A stretch of 64,000 nucleotides of DNA, taken from the NCBI GenBank assembly GCA_977030845.1, contig OZ365110.1:20646001-20710000 (forward strand), given 5' to 3'. Source of the DNA: Fimbriosthenelais zetlandica. Taxonomy: Eukaryota. A program made the position numbers and the translations under genes. The stretch's first letter is position 1. Each line of letters opens with the position of its first letter. The notes beneath the pieces were generated by a model, which was not told the origin of the DNA, did not search any database, and worked only from the letters and a program-made list of their open reading frames with translations. Below are positions 12,541 to 56,051 of the stretch, one piece after another.

Positions 12541-12620
12541 GGTGGATGTGGGTGGGTGGGGGGGTGGGGGGTGTTGGACGTTGAGTTGGGAGGTGGGGGA
12601 GCTGGGGTGAGGAGGGAAGG
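12541..12620 (+). other. G-quadruplex-forming motif
   Basis: Multiple G3+ runs: gggtgggtgggggggtgggggg ... gggaggtggggga...gggg...ggg. Confidence 0.5.
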
Positions 12621-14299
12621 GGATCTTTGTTGGAACGTCTGAATGCCTCAGCATGGTATACATCCTAGGCCTGTGCGGACCACCACTCTCCATGGTAGGC
12701 TACAGGAGGGGATGAATTAGGAGCAGACTGAATTGACCTTTACCTGAATGGGTCGCCACGACAGGTTTATATAGAATGTCCAATATAACCGACAGAGACG
12801 TGCTCATCGTGATTTATCTTAAGCCTTCGACACACTATGTTATTGTTTTCCTTCCTTATTACAGTAGTTGACCATTCATAGTCAGTGTTATGTAATTACA
12901 TAGCTAAACAACGTGTACGACCAAAATTAGGCAATTCATTCATTCTTCCTCGTACAAAGGCCTTATCATCAATTAAGTGTTCTGCTCTTGATATACAGGT
13001 TAATGTCTATTTATAAGTGATAAAATTAAATCCCGAGTTTAGTCATCCGCTTCTGCACACAAAGGGCTATGCTATAGGTATTTTTCTTCTATATATAGGA
13101 GACAGGTAAAATGGGGATGAGGAAGATAGCGATTGTTCTTATTATTAGATTATCTGGAGGTAGTGCCTTCAATCATACCCACAACATCAAAGGTTCTTAA
13201 AGTGTCGTATTAGCTGGAGATAAACGGGCTTTTATCATAGTAAAGTTTATATTTATACATCACAATTCGAATTACGTCGAAGACTATACCATTACCAACA
13301 TACCAAGATTTTATCCGTCCATACTCAAGCTTCCCAGGTTCTTACATACTCATTATGATAGACATGATCGTTCGTAATTTAAAAAGGACATTCATTGACC
13401 TATTTTCACCCATATTATATGCTCAGCTAGTTATTTCTTTTAAATCCTCACAGGAAGCAATCTGCGAACACCGCCTCCCAAGTTTTCTAGTCATGTTCCA
13501 AAGACAGCGGCGGTAGAATACATGTTGTAAGTACAATTCCCTTGATGTCTAGCTAGCTCACACAGGGACTACTTCTTAGGGCGGACGTACTTCTTCTTGC
13601 ATGGAGGATCCAGCGATCCCGGAGGTTTAAACCAATACCCAGGGGGTTAGGTCTATTCGGGTCAGTCCCTATAAGAGACTTATCAGCCAGTGACCATGTG
13701 ACATTCCGGAATTACAAGCCCAGTTCGGATAGAGTGCGCATGCGTGATAAGCACACGTTATGTAACATTGCTGGTTATACATATCACCCGTCCATAACAT
13801 ATAGAGGCGCTAATATTAATCCTTACAATATGAATTCATCCCATTTAGTCCTAGTTCTATGATTATATTTTAGATTGAAACGATGTATTAAACGATGTGT
13901 AAAAAAGGGGTAATATTTCTTAATTAATACTTAATAATAATCATGTGTTGCATGTATCCATTGTATGATTGACATGAGCCAATTAAGTAAGTCATATGTA
14001 TAAGCCAATGAAGCTGCTTTAGCAGTCCACAGAGCTTAGATTTACATTAATTGGCTGATGTAAAATTTCCATTACACAATTATTAATGAACATTACCATG
14101 TCCCACCTGTGCTTGCCTTTGTGTGAGAACAGGAAGTGAAGTACAGGGAAAAATTGTGCCAGAGTGAAAACACGTAAGAGGATGAAATTTAATACCAAAC
14201 CACCAAGAACTATTTGGCATTTCTACAACTTTTAGTAAACAAATATTGTAAGTAATAAAAGACAAGTTTGTGGTCTTTCTACGATGGAAGGTGGAAGCC

Positions 14300-14800
14300 A
14301 GAGGCCGAGGCTTCTCTGACCTACTTAGGCAAGTCTCGCGGCAACTTGCGAGACCTTTTAAACATGCCCCTGATCACAGTAGATGTATATCTTTGCCTAT
14401 TTGTAAGTATGAAATAGCTCCACATAGTTGGCACACATCGTGATGTATTGCCGAAGGTATATCGCTCGACCCTACACAGTGCACTAAAGAGAGTGATCTG
14501 CTTATCTCTGTAAGTACTGCTCATATATTTTGCCCCTTGACAAAGTCTCATCCAACCTCCGCCCAGGGGCACAGTTCTAATTGTTCTTATCAGTTTAAAG
14601 CCATTGTCCCCTCCATGCTTCTTTCATTCACGATGTGTCCTCAGGCTTTATATATTGGATTATAAAGCCAGTGATCTACAGTAGTTGGGTTGCCTTTTGA
14701 AGGACTGGTGGAGGTGGTTGCTACATTATTCAGTTGGGTTCCTGCGATCGTTCGTCTTGAATGTCATAACCTGCCAGCAATAGAGGCTGTGAGCCGTATA
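14300..14800 (-). mobile_element. possible decayed RTE-like LINE fragment (post-RT region)
   Basis: TIAGTQLNNV, YRDKQIT..SALCR (cf. WQDKITN.EVL.R) and RDLPK (cf. RLPK); weak. Confidence 0.28.
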
Positions 14801-14939
14801 GCCAGCACAGCAGTCTGTCAAAACTTTTCCCCCCACCGACAACCACCCATCACCCCACTTGTGACGCATGTACTACACCCCATATAAAGTGTTGTATACA
14901 CGTAACCCTCGAGGTAAGTGAATAATGCATGCTGTCTAT

Positions 14940-15060
14940 CGCACATGAAGGAAGGAAGAAAATGGAAGAGAAACGATGAGATCGATGAGAAAGAGAGGAA
15001 AAAGAAAAGAATGAAGACTAAGAAGTTGAAAAAGAAGACAATACAAGGGAATTTAGTATA
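14940..15060 (+). repeat. purine-rich low-complexity tract
   Basis: GA/AAG-rich; yields a spurious Lys/Glu-rich ORF (14918..15247). Confidence 0.6.
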
Positions 15061-15714
15061 TAACAGAAGAAACAAGATTTTAGAAACTGGAATTGGAGGA
15101 TTGGTAACTTGGCAAGAAGAAACCGGAAGAGAAGCATCAGTAACTATGTGTCCTTGTAAAGGCCAAGCGGATGGATCAGATGAAGGGAAGGGAGAGGAAC
15201 GTCCTACAAAAAATGCGCAGGTTTGTTTTAAGTTATGTTCCATATAGCATTCCTTTCAACATTATATAGGATATATATATATAAGAGATAATTTAAAGTT
15301 ATCCTCTATTTCCCTGCCACTACTGGTGTCCCGATGCTTAATGCATCCTAGGACATTGCCATATGGTGAGCCAGTAAGTACATGTAAGATCACTGAATCA
15401 GGGTGACCATCAAAAATGCGTCATGTTATTTGCGATGCTCTTTGAGGCTTACACATCAAGAACCAACACTATGACAGCAATGACTTTGAACCTCGTGAGC
15501 CTTCGTCAAGCAATGCCCATTATTCTGACTCAGTCGATGGGGCCATTCGGTGCCCCTAATGTACATGTGGCCATTGCTTTGGATCCTACTATATGCTCCT
15601 CTGTGTAATTTGCCACTATTCCAGTCTCTGAGGCAGATAAGAGCATACAGGGATCGAGGGAGCGAGTGGTTGAGGAGTGGGTGGCGAGCAGCAGTATATA
15701 CAGAAGCAGGACAT

Positions 15715-16200
15715 CCTAGGCCTGAATCATCAGGCTTTGGAATGATCACAATGGCTTCACAGTTGCTGCGTCATCTGAGACAAACAGCCTCTGCCTATTC
15801 TACCAGTTGCATTTATCACTACGTCGGAACGCTAAATTACAGGTGCTGCCCGTTTACACTCAACAAGCAGAGCAAAGGCATTCGATGGAATCCAATAAGC
15901 CGAGCGTATGCCATGCCCTGGCAGTCAGCACATCAACTCTCAGACGTGGAGTCCCGCAAGGCCCTTCTTTGCCCCCCACATACGCTCTCAAAATAATCCT
16001 AAGTTGACTCGTTCAATACACATACACATGCTAACATTGTCAACAAGATGTGCAAACATTTCAGTGCCTAAATCTTCCTCACTGTATCCCCCAAGTTGGG
16101 TTTTTGTCGCCTCGAGCTCTTGTGGTAACAAATCGGTACTTACAGCCCTCCTAGGAAGCACTTAAGTATCTAGATGGCATTTTATTGATTGTGAGATGGG
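15715..16200 (+). mobile_element. decayed non-LTR retrotransposon reverse transcriptase (RTE/CR1-like)
   Basis: Ordered RT motifs in shifting frames: PESSGFG (15721), LRHLRQ, KAFD (15875-15886), GVPQG (15948-15962), HANI at the expected YADD position, LKYLDG (16161-16178). Confidence 0.62.
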
Positions 16201-17463
16201 AGCCGTCGTCATTGTGTAAGCGATGCCGGTCGTGATTTTAATTGCCAGATTCTGTAATTTCAAGATGTTCACGTGACCCCGCTTTGATTATGGATTTGGC
16301 TGAGGGCCTTTTCTTCTTTAACAGGGAACCTTCGTCAGTGCACCTTTAATTAACACATGTTAAGATGAGATGAATATAAGCAATCTGATGATTAGGTGGG
16401 GACCGTGGTGAAGGCCATTTCCATAGCGGTAGGCATACAAGGAGACTTCACAATGAAGGTCACAGATACGGTTAGAGAAGGGTTTAATGTGAGCAAGCTT
16501 GTCTGTTCATCGATAGGAGCCTTATTTTCCTGAACGGTTTCCATGAATGACAGAGGAAAGAAGATGAGACGAAAAAACTGAAGATCTCATTTATTTTGCT
16601 GTTATTCATTGCGAGCTTGTTGTCTGAAATCATTCATTTGATGTTTTATTTAAGCGCATGATCTTCATTTGAAGGAATGTTCACACCAAATTACAAAAGG
16701 GAAGGCCACCACTGAGGGTCCACCATGAGCATTTCCAACGAAAGAATTTTCTAAGCTCCAGTCAATACCATTTATCAGGGTCTTGACTGAAGTGAACATC
16801 AATAAAAAGAACACATAATGGAAGGAGAATCGCAAATTTTAAAAAAAACCACTCACATAGATGATCATAATTTCAGGGCACCGTCATTTGATTGACTCCC
16901 TAAACAATACTAAAACCAGAGCTGACCCATCCAACAACTAGAACAAGGCGTCTTTTCCTGGGGAGAGAGATGTGTGGTGCATTTGTCATTATCCCTGCAT
17001 GCAGAAAGCCAATGAAGTGAGCAAAAGCCTTTTCTTAGGAGGAGCATACTGTTACCATCAGGCCTTCTAAGTCCCGAATGTGTGAGAGAAATGGTGATAA
17101 ATCCGTCACTAATCATACTTCATGATGGGCTATCCTTTCATCCTTTCAGGCCTGCGCCTGCGCCTTTGCCTTCAAATCATTTTTATGATGTGTTATGGTG
17201 TGACATAGCGATTTTTCCCTTTCCTTCTGGGGACCTTTAAACTCCTCGTACAATTATCGTTTGAGTATAATGAACTTGGTGCATAAAGCCTGCGGGGGGA
17301 CGATTCTTGAGGGGCTGGGTCTGGTACAGATTGTCGTCGACACAAGCGGATGTTTGCCATTTAAGCCGAGCAGGAAAGAACGGCTCGACGCCCTAATGAA
17401 AATATACAGGCTCCAACTGGTAATATATAACGCTGACTGGAGCGCGATTTAAGAGCGCGCTAA

Positions 17464-17477
17464 CGCCCTCTAGGAGG
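17464..17477 (-). promoter_or_regulatory. CTCF-like motif
   Basis: Plus strand CGCCCTCTAGGAGG; reverse complement CCTCCTAGAGGGCG versus core CCACYAGRKGGCG. Confidence 0.35.
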
Positions 17478-18329
17478 AAACTATATGTTATATGTATCGT
17501 TGCTGGGATCATCTGTTGCGAACGGTCCCCTTTTGATGGCTATTAACAGGAAAGCTTTCATTCATTTTTCTTTCTCTGAGGGCGGCTAGCGATTGACCTG
17601 AGGATGTTGATATGATCTTTATTATGACCCCAGCAACTCCGAAGCAGCTTGTTTCTCTCCATTGCGCCATTGTTAGTGGTGAAATAAGATGAGGCACTGC
17701 TTTTCTATGAAGAACATGCCATGAATCTTCACTTGGGGAATGCTCCCATCTATACCTCCCCCGCTTTCGCAACCACCCACTCTTCCGCCAACCTTATTAT
17801 TTCTGTATTTGAAAATCTGTAGACAGTTTATTATAATTATATCTAATGGTAGGCCCATTTAAGTTTAAGTCTATCTAAGTAGATCATCCTTCTACAAAAT
17901 TACTGTAGTTTACAAACTGTTCACCTTTCTATTGATTTCTTAACAAATCTCGTAAGATAATTAAATTACCGTAAATTTTATTTGTAGGTTAAATTTCAAA
18001 TGTCAAAATATAATGGAATTAAGATTATTTTTGTTTCACACAAACAACGTGCTAATGGTGGAGGGTTGAAGTCTGAAGAGATTGCGTGAACTAAAAACCT
18101 ACTTCCACCAGTAAGGTATTTACAAGTGGCAATTAAGAGGATGTCACCAGACCTTTAGAGCCGTGCTTAGTGCTTCTAGAGACGATTCAATATCGATCAC
18201 TATCTATGAAGACACTCGCTGGGATCGAGAAACAGTGCTCGACTTTATCTACACTGGACCAATTCTTCCGTTTTCATTGTAGAAAGATAAAGTTAAAAAG
18301 CAATCGCTGCTCTGAGATATGATCAGGAC

Positions 18330-19880
18330 CTTCAAGAAGAATCGTTTCCTAGGAGAGCTCGGCTTATCGCTAGCTCTCGTGCTTCTCGGTCTCCAACGGG
18401 ATTTCACGGGACTCCCCACATCCGCCGAGGCTTCCCAGGCAACACTGACGTCACAGATTTTGTAGGTGTGGACCCTAAAAGGTTTGATTTTCGCCTGGTT
18501 GTTGTCAATACTGGGTTGGTTTGTATCAATAACGTCTTCCGCTGCACCTGTGTCCATCGGAGAGAGCTCTGGGGTGGTAGTAATCGCGCAGTTGTGGCAG
18601 GATGACGGTGACGTGATGTATTAAGACGGGCTGTGTCGGCGCGCTGGTGCTCGGTATATGATGGATGAATGCTGGGCTCTGGTGATTGCACCCCGCCATC
18701 TTTGCCCATCTGGGGAACACCCACCGATAGTAATCCAATGCGTCATTGAGAGATGTCTCCCGTATGTTGTATGACACTATCTTAAATGATAATGATACTA
18801 CATGGGGCCTTGCTGTGTGCGGCCGTCAACATGCACCAATAGGAGTTGGCGGGAGTTCACTGCTAGAGCCTGGCCAAGGGCATCGTGTTAGCCCCACACA
18901 CGAACTTCATATTGAGCCATGCCTTCAGATAAAAAAACAATCGACTGGCAAAATGTTCAATCATTTTGCCCTGCTTGTGGGGAAAGCTTGGGTGGGTGAA
19001 CTTTAAGTAGGATCGGGAGGTTGGGAGTGTTGTGTGCCTTAGCTGGCATTTTCACAAGGTTACGGTTCTATGGTTGTTTTTTGTACTGGGCGGAAATTTA
19101 CATGGCTGACGGTCTATTCTTGTATTTAGACAGTAATTAGCATTTAGTTCCAGTTAAAGTTCCAGTTTCTTATCCAGAACTTCAGCTACATTTCCCAAAG
19201 CATGGTTATATTATTTCTTAGACACCTGCCTAAGACATTATATATAACCAAAATGAACACGAACTGATGAGCCTGGACCAATGTCCTCTTTTCATATGCT
19301 ACTGCCTCTATTCAATAAGGTTTAAGTAGTATATGGAATGGACCCTATGGTCATTTCAAAAGGTCAAAATATGCATCATAATCTAGGAGTCTTTGTGGTT
19401 ACAAAGCTTTCATGTTGTCAGGGATTTGATTTTAAATAAATTGCTAAGCATTCAGTAGCCTATTACAAAAATGATGCAAGTTGTATGAACCAGAACAAGC
19501 TGAAGGGAAATAAAACCATTCCACATATTGTTCAATTTGTGTCAGTGTTAAGCGAGGACCAGGCTTCTGGCAGCCAGTCAGCGACTACGTGCTAGGAATT
19601 AGCCCATCCATAGGAACCAGCACCATCAGTCACCTTCTCCTAAAGTATATCTATTTCCTAGATGTTTAACGCCTTGCCAAATGTCAAGAAAAGCATCGGG
19701 TTCACTCGCCCGTCTTATCCCCTGCTCAGTGGTTGTCCAACCTGGTGATTGACCCCAACATTTGAGATTTAAGACAGGTCTGGGGCTAGTTTTATGAAAA
19801 AAAGTTCTCTTCAGATGGTGAGCATACCTATACCTTGTGGCACAGCTCATACCATCTGGTTATATTAATGAGGTCTGCAT
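18330..19880 (-). mobile_element. decayed RTE-clade LINE 3' region, interrupted by AT-rich sequence at about 19060-19530
   Basis: In order on the minus strand: GIRRASEPDAF..W (cf. RI..AS.AF), SYGW (cf. LLYG.E.W), MPLARL (cf. RMP..RLPK), RQLLL...GRTQQGP (cf. KQLLYGEL..G.R..GG), TSLND.LDY..W then DGQRWRGAI (cf. AQDR..WR.AI). Confidence 0.55.
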
Positions 19881-20812
19881 TCTTCACAATGTCCTACATC
19901 CTCTTACAACCTTGATCGTAGACTCTACCAGATTTAATCAGAACTAGTATGTATAGATCTTGTAAAGTTTTCACAATAAATCCCTCCTCATTGTCATTTG
20001 AGAGTCAGGACTTGTCTTCATATCTCACATAGCAGAGATTAACTTTATATATATATGTTTTTATGAAACATTCCCCTGGACATGGTGGGTCTGACCACTA
20101 CTTACTCTCGTGGTCACAAGCTGCTGACCTTACTGTCAGTTTAGTTGAGTCTGGGCCTTGGTTGGTGGTGGTTAGTATTCGCGGCATGGACTTGTGTCAA
20201 CACCGTCTACTCCATGAGCGGGTGACAGGAGAGAGGTAGGTGGGGCTGGACCAGTGTGAAAAAAGCCTCAGGATTATGTATACTTATCTACCTTTGTGTA
20301 ATTCATACATTTTACCCAACGCTGCCCAAAATAATACCTGGTCCAGAAGGTTATCGACATTTTCGTAATTGTGCCAAACAATATTCAAAATATACAGACA
20401 AAGCTCTTTCATTTAATAATGTTCAATGACAGTTTCTTGGTAAGCAGATTTGTACCAAATGAAAATCAAGTCTGAACCGTTGTAGAAGCAGTGCGTCTCC
20501 CCCGATAGCATCCTTATAATACTTGAATTGATACTCGACTTTGTCGACAGTTTCTAGTATATCCATGAGTAGCAACCAACCCATTCCTCTCGTTTTCCGC
20601 CTTGCCCGGACATATAGAGAAGGCTGATGCCAGTATAACATCCATATTGGATATATCATGAGGCTAGCGCTCGGGCGTACTTCGTTAGCTGGCCTTTAAC
20701 CTTTCTGACGGTCATTTTGTGAAGTGTTAATGCTTCCTCTGCGTGCCGGAAGAATAGATGAAATTCCTCTTCCGGCTCGCTCCCTTGTGCACCACCAGGG
20801 GCCGGGCTCATC

Positions 20813-20826
20813 GTTGCCATGGTTAC
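20813..20826 (-). promoter_or_regulatory. RFX X-box motif
   Basis: Minus strand GTAACCATGGCAAC matches GTNRCC-N2-RGYAAC exactly, within a CpG-rich patch. Confidence 0.55.
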
Positions 20827-21827
20827 GCCGCTTATGGCGTTTTTCACAGCCACGTCACCCCTCCTCTGACCCCTACGAGCGACCTTTCCTCCGCTCGTTG
20901 CGTGTTGGGCTCTTCAGGTGTCGCTGTTGCGGGGACAGTGGATGCCTTATGGCAACATGACGCGCTCTCCTACAAGACAGTATGGTCCTAGCCTCTATAT
21001 CCTCACTATCTACCTCTCTGACTCCATAGGGCAACTAACTTTGACTCAGATACATGATCAGAGGTTGCGATAACTGTGAGCTTAGATCAACTATATACTC
21101 ATAACAAGTTTCAGGCGTTGTTGTGAGAAAAGTTGTTGATTTTGATTTAGTTTGATCAGCACTTAATGATATAATTGTCAGGAAAACGGTTGAAATATTG
21201 GAGTTATTTTTTTTAGATCGAGGAAAGTTCAGTATACAACTGTACACATCAGCTCATCAGAGGCATCCAAAAACTGATGCTGTACCTCAAGTTGGGTGAC
21301 AATTGAGGGGTTGGAAGTTGAAGTCTGTGATGAAAAGAGATTCATTATAAGCAAGAATCCAAATTTCTTAGCAAAATATAATTAAGGCAGTATAGGCCTA
21401 ACACTTAGACATATAATGAATCCAGTACAAAAGGTTATTGCATTGTGTTTTAAACTCTCTGTCCACATGATATTCCCAAGGCCCCAAAAAGTATAAATAC
21501 CTTTTGCTTTATTTTTAGCAAACAGAAAAAGAAACAACCACAACTTGGCATGCTTGGAACTAAGCAAAAAGAGGGTTTCACGCTGAGATAGGAGCATATT
21601 CCGGGGGCGGAAAGACTCGCCCTTTGCCTATTTTTACATCAGCACGCACCACACAAGCACACAGTATTAACACACCCACACGAAGACAGCCTTTACCCAT
21701 CTACCCACTCACCCACTCCAAGGGCAATGTCATTCTCAAAGTTAATTTGGCGGAAACTGGCGCGGAGGACCAAAAGAGACGAAGACACAGGGTCACCTGA
21801 GCTGAGCAACCTACTGTTAGCGCTGCT

Positions 21828-21841
21828 GTTACCATGGGAAC
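21828..21841 (+). promoter_or_regulatory. RFX X-box-like motif
   Basis: GTTACCATGGGAAC (one mismatch), flanked by half-sites GAGCAAC and GTTGCC. Confidence 0.45.
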
Positions 21842-22547
21842 ATTTATTTTGAACAAATCGTTGCCTCAGCATGTCCTTGATGAATTATGTAGCCATTTTC
21901 CCAGACTGGTAATTCATTGTAAGGGGAGGACTTAATACTTTATGTCGCCGCAATGTAAGCTCATCTAAGGGCTATTTACTGGGCATGAAAGCCATGTTTT
22001 ACAGGAAAGGATGAATGAGTAGAGGCAGGCACCTCTCTCACTCAGTATAAGCATTCGTTGGCTTGCAACAATCATTGCAAGCCTAAAGGCAATGTTCGCG
22101 TTAATAATTCCGCAATCGGATTTTAATCACCCAATTCAGATCTTTCATAAATTAATGATAATCGGCGAATAAAATTGAGATGAATCGTAAAAAAAATCAT
22201 ATACATCAAGTTGACTTCCGAAAGACAGATATATCTCGGTAAGTATAGCCACTCAGATGTGAAATGACATGACCAATGCTCATAATGATTTCAAAACCAT
22301 CCATTTGAAGACATGCTCTACAACACTAGCCGTTATTGGTATGAAAAACAGGCAATCAAGATGAAGTAGAAATAACAGTTACATGATAATAATCTCTTTA
22401 ATTCCAACAGTTGTTTGGGGAGAAACTACGCCTATCAAGGATAAGAAGTCCTTGGGTATAATTGAACAAACTATCACAGAGTGCGTCAAAGACCAGATTT
22501 TGAATGAAGATTACATTGTAAACAGTGTACACATGTAGATTGTAATA

Positions 22548-22553
22548 TTTAAT
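22548..22553 (-). terminator. candidate poly(A) signal ATTAAA for the WDR49-like 3' UTR
   Basis: Plus-strand TTTAAT about 420 nt downstream of the stop in an AT-rich UTR-like stretch. Not the only candidate. Confidence 0.3.
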
Positions 22554-22971
22554 GTATTGTGTTTCTTGAAATGGAATAATAAACGCCAGCATCAAAAACA
22601 ATATTTCATGTTATAAAAACAATAATTCTTCACATTGTGTACATAAAAACTAAAATTACACGCACTGATTCTTTTCAGAATACTACGTATAGATAAAACT
22701 CCAGCAGTGGAATAAAAAGTATCACATCACTTCAGTCCAAACAAAGAATTGAGCTTGAACTGGCAAGGACAAAAAAGGCACCCATCTGCATTTATATAAA
22801 TTGGCGTTTGTCTGTTTGCATATTGAAGGCTTGGGCCAGCCACCATTTGCAGAGAGCCAATATATTGAACCGCTCCCCTGATTTCATGCCCCACAAGTGG
22901 CCTCGGTTGGTGCATCGTTCTGCTCACATTGACGAACCAGCTCATCGGTTGAGTGACAGTCGGGTATTGTT

Positions 22972-56051
<33,080 letters not shown>

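Noticed and set aside
12487-12750. Minus-strand ATG in good context (MESGGPHRPR...) after an apparent 44-nt intron
   Set aside because: The intron is much shorter than any confirmed intron here, and the ORF runs into a C-rich (G4) tract and stops.
13315-13800. Two miR-184 seed-match heptamers CCGTCCA
   Set aside because: Not within any supported 3' UTR; a 7-mer occurs by chance at this scale.
14818-15247. Lys/Glu-rich and Phe-rich ORFs
   Set aside because: Artefacts of a purine-rich low-complexity tract.
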